A DNA stretch of 29,000 nt from the IMG/VR virus record IMGVR_UViG_3300044796_000159; one strand, 5' to 3'. Shown here in pieces: positions 16,826 through 26,740 of this stretch. A program made the position numbers and the translations under genes. The DNA is from a virus. Position 1 is the first letter of the stretch, and every line of letters begins with the position of its first letter. The notes below the pieces were generated by a model. That model had not been told where the DNA came from. It searched no databases and saw only the letters and a program-made list of their open reading frames with translations.

Positions 16826-18700
16826 TTACATAACTTCGCAATTACTTCCGCCTGCACACGCGAGGTTTTCTTTAAGTTTTGTATTATCATCTTCTTCAAT
16901 AACTTCTGTAAGATTTATTGCTTTCAAACTCAATACCAATTCATCATATTTTGCTTCTGTAATTTCTTCAAATGGCATTTGTACGTACCCATGATTTTCA
17001 TCAGCAGGTAAAACGCTCAATCCATTATATGTTCCCTTGTTGTTCCACATCCATTCTCCAACTTCTTTCCATTCATCTTTCTTAATAGAAATAGTTGCAG
17101 AAACATTGTGTGTGTTATCGCCGCGTCTATGTCCAGCTCTAACCCAATCAACAGAAACCTTCTTTACTCTTTCAAGCATTTCCAACGCGCTCTCATCTCT
17201 AAACTTTGCTTTCTTTGGAGCCTTAATTGGAATAGAAAGAATCGCTTGATTTTCTTTATTAAAGAAATCATCTTCTACCAATTCAGGAAGCTTGTCTTTG
17301 ATATATTCATAAATTGGTTCATTCTTAAGAATACGCATTCTACGAATATAGAAAGGCGCGTGCCATGCATGAATGCCTGAAGACGTTCCTAATACAAGGC
17401 TGGTAGTACCTTCTGGCTTAACAGCAGTCAATCTTGCTGCCTTATTGATACCAATTACTTTAGCTACGCGCTCATTTTCTTTCTTTACAACTTCGGCCGC
17501 TTCTACAAGGTCAAATTCAAGTACGTCACCCGATGCAATACCAGTCATTGATACGCCAAGTAATGCTTCTTTGTCGGTAGTCTTCTTCCAAATATCTCTC
17601 AAATAATGAAAGTCTGTATATCCTGCCTGGAGCGTTGCAATAAATGCAGCAGCTTTAGAACGATTATTCAAATCTTCTTGAGATTTGATATTTGAAGCAT
17701 TAATAGAAACCAGATTACAAAACTGAAATGGTTTTAATCCAATTTCACAGCAAGGATTGGTGCCGTTGTCGGCATTATTACTGAAAAATAAGCCTGGTTC
17801 GCCTGTTTTATTTTCTTCGATGGTCTTCCACAAATCCATGAATTCATTTTTATGAATTCTGTGTCTTAATAGAACTACTGAATTGTTTGCTCTGGCGCGT
17901 TGTGGATTCTTTATCCACCATTCGCCCTCTTTGCATTTAAGCATTGCTTCATCATCAACAGAAAACAATGCAATAAGAGAACTTCTTCTAATACCACCAG
18001 CCAATACCGCGTCACTTAATATACAAATGATATCGTGAACTTCTAATGAAGTTAATTGTGAGCCGGCTTCTTTGCTTTCAAATATTTCTCTTGTCTTTTC
18101 CAAACAAATTCTTAATGGGTCAGGACCGGGAGCCTTACCGCCTGCCGTCTTAAGTGGAGAACCCTTCTCTCTAATGCCTGTATAATCAAATACAGGATAT
18201 GACAATCCAAAAAAATAAGCTTTAACTAATACCTTTACGGCATCTGCCCATCCTTCGATGCTGTCTTGTATAAGATGTCTTCTTCTTGTTTTTGATACTG
18301 GCTTTATATTGGGAAGTTTTTCGATATGATGAGTCTGTACACTATATCCCACGCCGCAACCAGCCAACAATAAAAACATAATCTCAGCAAACACAAAATA
18401 ATCATCTATAGGAGCATAAGAACAATTGAATATTCTCGCGTTGTTAGCTTCGATAGCTCTACCAGCAAATTGCAAACTTCTCATTGATGGTAATACTTTT
18501 TTATCAAAAACATATTGATAAGCGTTTACTATTTCTGTTTGTAAACTTGGATACTTATCCATATGCATAAACATGTTTCTTTTAATTAATTCATCCCAGG
18601 TTTCTCTTCTTTTTTTATTCGGTAAGTATTTGGAATACTTTGTAAAAACGGTTATATCAGATAAAATTTTGACACTAATATCGTCCATGATTTCTCTCAC
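16826..18700 (-). CDS. nrdJ: Class II (adenosylcobalamin-dependent) ribonucleotide reductase, monomeric RTPR type
   Basis: RRETW, PSMRSLQFAG, FNCS, GCGVG, DSIEGWA, AGGIRRS, GEPG, TNPCCEI, KPEGTTS, HNVSAT and C-terminal CAGGSNCEV; no beta-subunit gene adjacent. Confidence 0.93.
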   Translation of the reverse strand: MREIMDDISVKILSDITVFTKYSKYLPNKKRRETWDELIKRNMFMHMDKYPSLQTEIVNAYQYVFDKKVLPSMRSLQFAGRAIEANNARIFNCSYAPIDDYFVFAEIMFLLLAGCGVGYSVQTHHIEKLPNIKPVSKTRRRHLIQDSIEGWADAVKVLVKAYFFGLSYPVFDYTGIREKGSPLKTAGGKAPGPDPLRICLEKTREIFESKEAGSQLTSLEVHDIICILSDAVLAGGIRRSSLIALFSVDDEAMLKCKEGEWWIKNPQRARANNSVVLLRHRIHKNEFMDLWKTIEENKTGEPGLFFSNNADNGTNPCCEIGLKPFQFCNLVSINASNIKSQEDLNNRSKAAAFIATLQAGYTDFHYLRDIWKKTTDKEALLGVSMTGIASGDVLEFDLVEAAEVVKKENERVAKVIGINKAARLTAVKPEGTTSLVLGTSSGIHAWHAPFYIRRMRILKNEPIYEYIKDKLPELVEDDFFNKENQAILSIPIKAPKKAKFRDESALEMLERVKKVSVDWVRAGHRRGDNTHNVSATISIKKDEWKEVGEWMWNNKGTYNGLSVLPADENHGYVQMPFEEITEAKYDELVLSLKAINLTEVIEEDDNTKLKENLACAGGSNCEVM

Positions 18701-18774
18701 TCTTCTTCCTCTTTAAAAATTTAATTGGTAAGGATAAATACTTATCTCATTTATGATGAGGAAGTCTTTTCTTT

Positions 18775-20143
18775 TTAATTTTCTAAACCTTTTGAACTGC
18801 TGTCTTTACGAAACTTTTTAAGTTTGTCTCTTAGCTTTTCTAAATAAGTTTCTTTTTCGTCTTCGTCCATGAACTCATTGTCTTCAGCAAGAATTTGAAC
18901 CTTTGAAAGCGCTGTATTTATTTGCATAATAAACTTAACGCCGTCTGGACCCATTCTAGATTTGCCAACGAACATGTTTCCAATTTCAGGTGAAGGGCCA
19001 GCCTTGTCTCTGTTAACTGAAATCCACAAGTCTACAATTTGGCTCTTCTCAAAGCACTCTGAAGTGTTCTTAGGAGTCAATACTTCAACGTCGTAACCTG
19101 CTCTATTGATTTGGTCTACTGCCCAAATTGGCAAATTAATTTCGCGAGCCCAACCTTTTACATCTCTAAAGATTGAAGCGTCACTAAACCTACGCGCATC
19201 ATACTCTTCAACGCTACGCATCAAAGATGGATAATCAATCAAAACCAAATCTGGCTTAATGCCTCTAGCCAATACAGTTCCGTAATGCGCTTTCAATGAA
19301 TTGATTGAAGCTTTTCCGGCAGGAAACTCCTTAATAATTAAAGTTCCTTTATTTAATTCAGTTAACTTCGCTTTAACAAAATCTTTTTGAGTTGGAATAT
19401 CATCAATAGATACTTCGCTAATTCTTGCATCGAATCTTTGGCCAATGTCATTATCTGACAATTCCATTGAATAAAAGATAACATTCAGACCTTGTTTTAA
19501 TGCATGGGCGCCGATGTCTACTAGACAATGAGACTTACCAACGCCAGTTAGCGCACTAATTAAACCAAATTTACCATTGCCCAAACCACCCTTAATTATT
19601 TTATTTAAAAGTGGCCATGGAGTTTCGACTGGAGCGTAATGTTCTCTCTCAAGTCTATTTTCAAAATTGTCGCTATACATGTAGCCGACGCTCTTGTTTG
19701 TACCAAGATTCATCGCCTTCTGAATTTCATTTACGATTTGTTCATACTTCTTTTCTTCAATTAGAGTCAAAGACGTGTCTAATGCACGAGCAAGACTTCT
19801 CTTCTTACAAAAATCTAATGAAGTTTCTTTAACATATTCTATATCAGAAACAGGAACAGTTTCTTTCTTTAACTTAAAGAGATACGATATGATTTGCTCT
19901 TTAAGGACATCGCTAGGTACGTTGTCTTTGACGACAGTAGCTAACAACTTATAAGAAGGAAACGTTTTATACTTATTATAATAATCAAAAAATAATCCGC
20001 GTCAAAACTTTAAGATGCTCAATATTAAAATAATTAACATCGAGAACTTCCAACATCTGTTCTGCGTAGATGTTGTCTATAATTAATGCTTGAACTAACG
20101 TCTCTTCAAAATGTCTATCACTAAAAAATTTAACTTCACTCAT
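18775..20143 (-). CDS. dnaB: DnaB-like replicative helicase (~455 aa); needs one +1 shift
   Basis: ATG 20143: MSEVKFFSDRHFEETLVQALI...EHLKVLT[C]GLFFDYYNKYKTFPSYKL, joining ORF 18775..19947; extra base at 19999. Walker A ALTGVGKS, SMEL, LIDY, QINR, KSRMG. Confidence 0.9.
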
Positions 20144-21086
20144 GTTTGTTTCTCTCTTCCTTTAATTTCATATCTATAATTCTAAACGGATGAAAAAAAC
20201 TATCCGTCATATTGATTATACCATCAGACAGCAGGTCAACTTTAAACGAAGTGGAATTCAAAAATACCTTTTCGGATAAAGTTTCTAAAATTTTGTTTAC
20301 GCTTGTAATGCTAATCAATGTACTGTCGAGTCTTATGACAGAGTAATTATCGCAGATGACGCTCCTATTGTCAATGAACTTCTTATACTTTGCGTCACGA
20401 TTTTCACAGTAAGAAAAAAAATCTTCTAGTGTTATTTTTTTGTTTTCTGAAAATATAGGAAACATTTTTACAAGAGTTTTAAATCCTACCGACCTGACAC
20501 CTGGAATATTATCGGACGCGTCTCCAGCTATTGCTTTTGCTAATGCAAAATTTACTGCGCTTATTTGAAATTCCTTCAACAAGTCGTGTTGATTGTAAAA
20601 ATTTTTCTTAGCGGGACTATAAACCAAAGTCTTGTCGTTTAGCAATTGATAAAAATCTTTATCACCAGATACGATTATTTTATCTTCATCTTTAAAGTAA
20701 TTACATAAGTATCCAATAGTATCATCTGCTTCAATATCTTTGACGCTAATTTGATATATGGGAAGATTAGAAATATAATTTTCTAATTTTAATCTTTGAC
20801 CCATTAAGTTATCTTCTTGATTGTCTAATTCAAATTCGTAATTTCTATTAAGTTTTATAGGTTTTCTACCAGACTTATAATCTTTTAGTATTGTTCTTCT
20901 TTTTTTAGAGCCGCCTTCGCCATCCCAAGCAACAACTATCTTGCTGCAATTGGTAATAGACATAATTTTCCTCAGTCCCAATAAGAATCCAACAACACCA
21001 CCATTTGGGTTGCCATTAATATCTAAACTAGGATTGGCGGCGTATTGCCTTATGAAAAAATTGTTACCATCGACGAGCAGTATCAT
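20136..21086 (-). CDS. 5'-3' exonuclease / flap endonuclease (T4 RNase H, PolA N-terminal-like)
   Basis: LLVDGNN, AWDG, YKSGR, EADD, SGDKDFYQL, GDASDNIPGV..VG.KT. Confidence 0.93.
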   Translation of the reverse strand: MILLVDGNNFFIRQYAANPSLDINGNPNGGVVGFLLGLRKIMSITNCSKIVVAWDGEGGSKKRRTILKDYKSGRKPIKLNRNYEFELDNQEDNLMGQRLKLENYISNLPIYQISVKDIEADDTIGYLCNYFKDEDKIIVSGDKDFYQLLNDKTLVYSPAKKNFYNQHDLLKEFQISAVNFALAKAIAGDASDNIPGVRSVGFKTLVKMFPIFSENKKITLEDFFSYCENRDAKYKKFIDNRSVICDNYSVIRLDSTLISITSVNKILETLSEKVFLNSTSFKVDLLSDGIINMTDSFFHPFRIIDMKLKEERNKHE

Positions 21087-21578
21087 GCAATATTCTTTAT
21101 ATATTCAGCTTTATCTAAAGATTTAATTAAATAATCTTTTATATGTTTTTTAGCTAACACAAATCCACAAGTGCCAGAATTCTTATCTCCGGCATTTTCT
21201 ACATATCTTCCACTTTTACTTGATATCTTATTGAGTTCTTTTGTGGGAATTTTATACAATTCTATAATATCACTCAAGACACATACATATAAAAAATAAT
21301 CCGCTTTACTTGCTGTTATTCCAGACGCCTTACCTCTAGAAAATACTTCAACGAATATATTTCCGAGTCTTAGCTATACTTTGGTCTTCTTTTATTTCTA
21401 TTAATTCTTCTGTTTTGTTTTTAAAAATTAATTTTAAATCATAATCTACGAAAGTTTCATCAGGTGCTTTTTCTATATTGCTTATTTTTCCCTTATATGA
21501 ATCTTCTAGAAAATTTCCAACTAATGCTTCTACTTTTTTTGCTCTCTTTAAATCTTTTGAAAAATTATAATATCCCAT
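21083..21578 (-). CDS. PD-(D/E)XK-like nuclease fold protein (~164 aa); needs one +1 shift
   Basis: Track ORFs 21348..21614 and 21083..21277 join as YDL...IEIKEDQSIAKT[C]GNIFVEVFSRGKASGITASKADYFLY; extra base at 21365. D...ExK plus TGN..vE..srGK.SG....AD pattern. Confidence 0.75.
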
Positions 21579-21583
21579 ATTTT

Positions 21584-21910
21584 TTAAACCGAAAAGCTTG
21601 AACCACAACCACAAGTCTTTTTGGCCGCAGGGTTGTCAAATTTGAACCCAGAGCCATTTAGACCGGAAGTGTAGTCTAGGCTAACCCCCTCCAAATAGCT
21701 CACGCTATAAGGGTCTACAACGAATTTGACGCTATCTTTTTCCCATACCGTATCATCTTCATCAGGAAGGTCTACGATATCTAATGCATACTTGTAACCC
21801 GAACAGCCGCCGCCATTTATAGCAATGCGAATGTATTTATTTTCAGAATTATCTAATTTTAAATTTTCTTTAAAGGCAACGATGGCCGCATCTGAAATAT
21901 TTACATTCAT
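21584..21910 (-). CDS. iscA: HesB/IscA family (A-type carrier) Fe-S cluster assembly protein
   Basis: IRIAINGGGCSGYKY, VDPYS..YL.G..LDY, GFKFDNP, TCGCGSSF. Confidence 0.93.
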   Translation of the reverse strand: MNVNISDAAIVAFKENLKLDNSENKYIRIAINGGGCSGYKYALDIVDLPDEDDTVWEKDSVKFVVDPYSVSYLEGVSLDYTSGLNGSGFKFDNPAAKKTCGCGSSFSV

Positions 21911-22344
21911 TTCAATTCTTCTCTAACTTGCATTAACATCTTACCAAGTTTGTTTTGCCCTTCGTATTTTTTATTGACACCCCAATAAGTATCACCCCAA
22001 GGTGCCCATTCAATTAATTCATCATCACCAGTAGCTAATAATTTTATTTTCAAATCTTGATGTTGTGTAAACTTTAATCTTAATGCTGTTAACATAATAT
22101 TATCTTTTACACTATCCCAATCTTTTCTAATTGCTATAGTTTTGCCATTTTCTTTTGCGGCTTTGGGCGTTGAAGAAACCATAACTTTAATAAAGTCATT
22201 TTCATCTACGGCCTTTTGACAGTGATAATAATGTTCGGTAGAAAGATATTCTATTCCATCTTTATCTTTAATGACCGCTTCGTAAAAATTAGAAAGAAAT
22301 CTATAAGATGGGAAACTTCTAGATTGAAAATAAATTTTATTCAT
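21907..22344 (-). CDS. NADAR (YbiA-like) family protein
   Basis: FLSNFY, STEHYY..QK, DWD..K..IM...LR.KF.QH, LL.TG...L.E..P..D.YWG, GQNKLG..LM.VR. Confidence 0.92.
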   Translation of the reverse strand: MNKIYFQSRSFPSYRFLSNFYEAVIKDKDGIEYLSTEHYYHCQKAVDENDFIKVMVSSTPKAAKENGKTIAIRKDWDSVKDNIMLTALRLKFTQHQDLKIKLLATGDDELIEWAPWGDTYWGVNKKYEGQNKLGKMLMQVREELK

Positions 22345-22553
22345 CTTTTTCTATTTTCTATAATCTTCTTGAGAGCTTTGTTTCCTCTAATAAACAGATT
22401 ATATTCTTCATCGTCCATACCGAGATGTTCTTCAAGACTCATTCCGATATCGACTTTATTATGCCACACATCAATCCAATCATCGACTTGTTCTAGTATT
22501 TGTTCGTAAGTTAATTCTTTTTCTAATGCGTATTGAATAAAGTTCATTCCCAA
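22341..22553 (-). CDS. Hypothetical protein (~70 aa)
   Basis: VDDWID.WH...LEEHLGMDDEEY; coupled to neighbours. Confidence 0.7.
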   Translation of the reverse strand: MGMNFIQYALEKELTYEQILEQVDDWIDVWHNKVDIGMSLEEHLGMDDEEYNLFIRGNKALKKIIENRKR

Positions 22554-23311
22554 TCATCCTCGTCTTTCATAAAATTAGGAGATTTTTTACCATAAAATCC
22601 AGGTTCTTTAAATCCTTGCTGTTGATTACCGGCAAAATTAGGCATACGATTATTTTGCGTTGGGCCTTTAGCTGACTTGAACTGAGTTTTATATTTTTGA
22701 AACAACTGCTGAGCGTTTCCTTGTAGTCTCTGTATAAACTTTATTTCTGTCGGTGTCAATTGTTTTACGCCAGTTTGCTCTTCTTGAGATTGCTTTAGTG
22801 CCAAATCTGAAAGAACTTGCTGCTCATTTTTACCACCACCACGGGCAGGCTTGACACCGAACACTCCCATCTTATTGCCACCAATCATTGTTTGGGGAGT
22901 TTGCAAAACTCTAATATTCATCATTTTAGTAATGTCATATAATCTATAAGGGTCATATCCTCTAGGCTGAATGAAAGGTTTGATGGCCCTCAAATAAAAA
23001 TCATGAGGTGAAGTAATATTAGCTGCACCTGCGCTGGCAATTATTTTATCAAATTCTGCTGCTGCATTAGCATTCTTTTTTGCTAGATTTTCAAAATATT
23101 TTAACTGAAATGCTGGGTCTATAATCATTCTAACGGTATTGATTTCGTCATCTGTTAGATAATTGAAATTCAATGCGTTAACAAGTAAAGTTGCGCCACG
23201 ACCGCCTGGATTACGCCAGCCAGGATGTAATACCAATACTTGAGGAAATCTATCATGAGAACGAGCAGACTCGTAAGAAAAACTTATTAATTGTCCAATT
23301 TGTAATTGCAT
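22544..23311 (-). CDS. Hypothetical protein, possibly T4 gp2-like DNA end protector
   Basis: N-terminal GQL..F.Y...DRFPQVLVL...NALNFNYL resembles the D.fP.v...glNl.YL pattern of gp2-like proteins (inference); Gln/Gly-rich tail. Confidence 0.5.
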   Translation of the reverse strand: MQLQIGQLISFSYESARSHDRFPQVLVLHPGWRNPGGRGATLLVNALNFNYLTDDEINTVRMIIDPAFQLKYFENLAKKNANAAAEFDKIIASAGAANITSPHDFYLRAIKPFIQPRGYDPYRLYDITKMMNIRVLQTPQTMIGGNKMGVFGVKPARGGGKNEQQVLSDLALKQSQEEQTGVKQLTPTEIKFIQRLQGNAQQLFQKYKTQFKSAKGPTQNNRMPNFAGNQQQGFKEPGFYGKKSPNFMKDEDDWE

Positions 23312-23320
23312 ATACTATAA

Positions 23321-24465
23321 TTACTTGTTTCTTTCTTGAATATCTGCCTTAAGTTGTTCCATCTCAAGAGTTGAATCGGTGTCTATCTCTATAGCATCAC
23401 ATCTTTTATCAAAGGTTAGAACCATATTTTGTTCTACAATATCTAATGCCGCTTTACGCAAATCTGGTCTAGACATCATCTTAACCCACTCTTCTGTGCC
23501 TTGCCATCTAAAATGTTCTCCACAAGCATCCCAAGTCTTCCAAGTGGTTCCTTTAATCTCTTCTAGTTCCAATAAATAATCATAGATAGAAACTTCATCA
23601 TTTACTCCCCAATCATAATAGAGAGGAAATTTTGCACTTCTATGATTTGGAGCAACTTTATTTTTATAAACTTTAGCTTCCGTCTTCATTCCCAAAATCT
23701 GTCCAGTCTTACTGTTTTTAATTTGTCCAATGGATTTCAGTTTAATTCTTACGCCACAATAAAATGCCAAAGCTTTACCGTGCGGTGTTATATCTGTATC
23801 AGCACCAAAACCACTAAATCCAATATTAATCTTTTGACGCAATTGATTAATACAAACCAAAGTAATATTAGCGGCATCCAAAGAACTGACTGCTTTTCTT
23901 AAAGCTCTACTCATAGCTTTTGCTTCTAATCCAAGAGCAATACTTTCGTCTTGGCCTTTTTCTACTTCCTCTTCGCCAATTAAAGCCGCAATACTATCAA
24001 TCACTACAACAACTGGTTTATTTTTATCTTTGACATAAGTTCTAGCTAAGGTCATTATTTTTTCTACAACAGCAAAACAACCTTCGACAGTAATGGGTAT
24101 GTTTTTTGGTCTTAATAATTTGTCCCAATTAACACCCATTCTTTCAACGAATGGTTGACTTAAGGCACGCTCTATATCAAGATAACACGCAATGCCACCC
24201 ATTTTTTGTGCATTGGCTATAATTTTATATGCCAATAAAGATTTTCCACTAGCTTCATTTCCGTGCAATTTCTATAATGCGATTACAAGGAACTCCACCA
24301 TCTTTTCTATTTGAGATTGCATAATCTAAAAGAGTCGAACCGCGTTGATATAAACTTTTCTACCTTGTTATCAATGCTTGTTCCAAGCTCTCCTCTAAAA
24401 TGTTCAAGAAGCTCTTCATTTTCTGCCGCTACGGCATCTACTTTTTCTTTCTTTTCTTTAGCCAT
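23321..24465 (-). CDS. recA: RecA/UvsX recombinase (~380 aa); needs two +1 shifts
   Basis: ATG 24465 with AGGAG: ...KFIST[C]GSTLLDYAISNRKDGGVPCNRIIEIA[C]GNEASGKS; extra bases at 24342 and 24263. Then YLDIE, VIDSIAAL, INQLRQK, TPHGKALAFY...R, KNKVAP. Confidence 0.93.
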
Positions 24466-24468
24466 TTA

Positions 24469-24729
24469 CTACTCCTTGGGAAAAAATGCACTATAAATAC
24501 TTTTATCACAAACAACAATATTTACAAGAGTTCCCTTTTCAAATGTATCATGATTAATTTGAGCTTCTATAGTAAATTTTTTAATTTCACCATTACTACC
24601 CAAATGATTTCCGTATGGACTTGAAGTGTCAATTGCTTCGCTATCAAGTCCAGTAAGTTCTTCTTTAGTCGTCTTGGAGCGCTTCAAACTTCTTTTCAAG
24701 GTCTGAATAATCTTCTGTACTAGTTTCAT
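24469..24729 (-). CDS. Hypothetical protein (up to 86 aa)
   Basis: Fills the gap between SSB and recA; overlaps the SSB 3' end, so the start is uncertain. Confidence 0.45.
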   Translation of the reverse strand: MKLVQKIIQTLKRSLKRSKTTKEELTGLDSEAIDTSSPYGNHLGSNGEIKKFTIEAQINHDTFEKGTLVNIVVCDKSIYSAFFPKE

Positions 24730-25441
24730 GCTTATCTCCTTCTGGTTCTTTAACTGTTTCTGTTCCGTCCGTTTCTGACATATTAGTCCAGCCTTGGAGG
24801 ATTACATCAATTTCACTTTCGGTAATTGGCTTAAACACTTCTGAAAGTGGTGGAATCTTACTCAAGATTGTATCAATCTCTTCTTGAGTTGCCGCCAACT
24901 TTGATTCTTTTCTCTTGAAAGTAAGCTTTGGCGCATTGTAGGTCGTCTTTCCGGTTTTGGAAACAACTCTTACTTCTGCATCGATGCCATCTTCAATATT
25001 CATAAAATTAGAATATTCAGCATTTTGAAACGCTTCTAACAATTCGCGATAAATTTCTACGCCGAAACCCCACCACTTTGGCGTTTGGGTTGCATCTTCT
25101 CTGTCAAGAACCAACGCATAGAATCTTTGCTTTGGCATCAGTTTCTTGCCGGTGTCTTTATCAGTTGCATCTTTTGTCTTAAATAAAGAAAATCCAAAAT
25201 TACAAGCAGGACATTCCAATTCGCTCATAAGTCTTGGGCACAAAAATCCAAATTTAGTTAAATTATAATGAAACCACATTTCAGAGAATGGGTCTTCTAC
25301 GCCTGGTTGACTAATAAATCTAATTACCTTAGTCTTAGTAGCATCGGGACTCCACGTCTTTTTGTCAAACTTGCTCGTCTTCAACTTTGGATTCTTTAAA
25401 TCCTCTAATTTCTTTCTCAACTTTTCTAAATCTAAACTCAT
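24665..25441 (-). CDS. Single-stranded DNA-binding protein, T4 gp32-like
   Basis: W.P....VIRF...PF....FHY....FLCP......CPAC, R.YALV.DR, W.FG..IY, acidic C-terminal tail; AAGGAG SD; next to recA. Confidence 0.85.
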   Translation of the reverse strand: MSLDLEKLRKKLEDLKNPKLKTSKFDKKTWSPDATKTKVIRFISQPGVEDPFSEMWFHYNLTKFGFLCPRLMSELECPACNFGFSLFKTKDATDKDTGKKLMPKQRFYALVLDREDATQTPKWWGFGVEIYRELLEAFQNAEYSNFMNIEDGIDAEVRVVSKTGKTTYNAPKLTFKRKESKLAATQEEIDTILSKIPPLSEVFKPITESEIDVILQGWTNMSETDGTETVKEPEGDKHETSTEDYSDLEKKFEALQDD

Positions 25442-25476
25442 AATTTTTTCTCCTTATATTTTTAACCTGTATTAAC

Positions 25477-25506
25477 AGTTTATATACTTTATCATGATTG
25501 ACGCAA
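25477..25506 (-). promoter_or_regulatory. Putative sigma70-like promoter upstream of SSB
   Basis: Minus strand TTGCGT-N18-TAAACT (or N16-TATAAA) in the intergenic gap. Confidence 0.35.
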
Positions 25507-25510
25507 GTTG

Positions 25511-26740
25511 TCAATCCTCTTTTTGCAGTTCGAAAAGATTCTTACCGCTCGAAACAGATACTGGCAGTGCTGTATTTGTTTTTTTAAGTAAAAAACTTTC
25601 CATTATTTCCTGTATGCGATATTTCAAATGTTTTTCACTATCGTGTATCATAAAATACAGCGCGTCATAAAATGGAAAAGCTAGATAGCTCTTTGAGTCC
25701 GTAAGCTCTATTTCAAAACTATTAATTAACTGAAAGATTATATCCGCCTCAAGCGAACAAACAATATGTTGAAACTTAACATTACTTTCTTCATCTGTAA
25801 AAAATAAAGGTCTGCCAAAATAATTTTTTATTATTTGGTTTTGTTTGTGTAGACTTTCTTTTGTTTCTTTTATGCAAGATAATTTTTCATCAAACTTCTT
25901 GTTAATTCTATTAGAAAACATCCAACTAATTAATTCAATTTTGTTTTCTTCTCTATCGCCTTCAAAAAGAGAATAAATGTCTTTAGTATCATTCAATTCT
26001 TTTTTAAGATTGTCGTCCCCAAAAACAGACAAGGCAATTCGAGGTTGAAATGCTTTAAAGTCAAATTGAAAAATTTCAAAATCAGGAGGCGCTATGATAT
26101 AGTCTCTTTTTTCTTTAGCGATATTATAGAGATTGAAGTATCCATGTTTGATAGTCATTCGACTATTTTTTGCACCAAAAATATTGTATCTTAATGTAAT
26201 TTTTGGATTGGTTTTATCGCTAGTAAATATAGGCTTTTTGCTCAGTTTTATGACAGATTTTATACAGGAATAATTAGTCTGAAAGTAGTCCAAAACGCTT
26301 TCTTCTATGGGCTCTTTTAGTAGTTTTTTTATAGCTAAAATCTTGTTTTTTATACAGCTTTCGAAGAGAAAATTAGGCACCAATTTATCAACTGGGAACT
26401 TTGAATAATCTATTCTTGTTAACGAATATGTTTTAAAATGATTGTTGATTCTTTGCTTATCTTTAAAATATTCTATATCACTATCCGAATCAAATAGCTC
26501 TTCTATACTATCTGTTTTTTGCAGCATCAAGCCGTATAAAGATTGTATGTCTAATAATTGTTGTGGAAAGAAATCATCAAAGAAGTCATAAAATTTATAA
26601 AGGTCATAGCAGTATAGTTTGTCCGCATTGACAAACTGGAATTCTTTTTTTTCTATTTTTTCAAAGGTATTATTTTCTAAATCTAGTAAAAGAAAATAAT
26701 CGTAATTATTGTCAATAAAATCTACAAACTTGATAGTCAT
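25511..26740 (-). CDS. Reduced, divergent family-A DNA polymerase-like protein (409 aa)
   Basis: YNIFG.KNSRM (cf. TGR), FNLYNI.K..R..I, motif A FDFKAFQPRI, motif B-like REENK, YFGR, motif C-like FYDALYF, PVSVSSGKN. Confidence 0.7.
   Translation of the reverse strand: MTIKFVDFIDNNYDYFLLLDLENNTFEKIEKKEFQFVNADKLYCYDLYKFYDFFDDFFPQQLLDIQSLYGLMLQKTDSIEELFDSDSDIEYFKDKQRINNHFKTYSLTRIDYSKFPVDKLVPNFLFESCIKNKILAIKKLLKEPIEESVLDYFQTNYSCIKSVIKLSKKPIFTSDKTNPKITLRYNIFGAKNSRMTIKHGYFNLYNIAKEKRDYIIAPPDFEIFQFDFKAFQPRIALSVFGDDNLKKELNDTKDIYSLFEGDREENKIELISWMFSNRINKKFDEKLSCIKETKESLHKQNQIIKNYFGRPLFFTDEESNVKFQHIVCSLEADIIFQLINSFEIELTDSKSYLAFPFYDALYFMIHDSEKHLKYRIQEIMESFLLKKTNTALPVSVSSGKNLFELQKED

Noticed and set aside
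2629-18700. Inteins or introns in dnaE or nrdJ
   Set aside because: Lengths are typical and no splice-junction or homing motifs were seen. The Lys/Glu-rich stretch near the DnaE N-terminus is a short low-complexity insertion.
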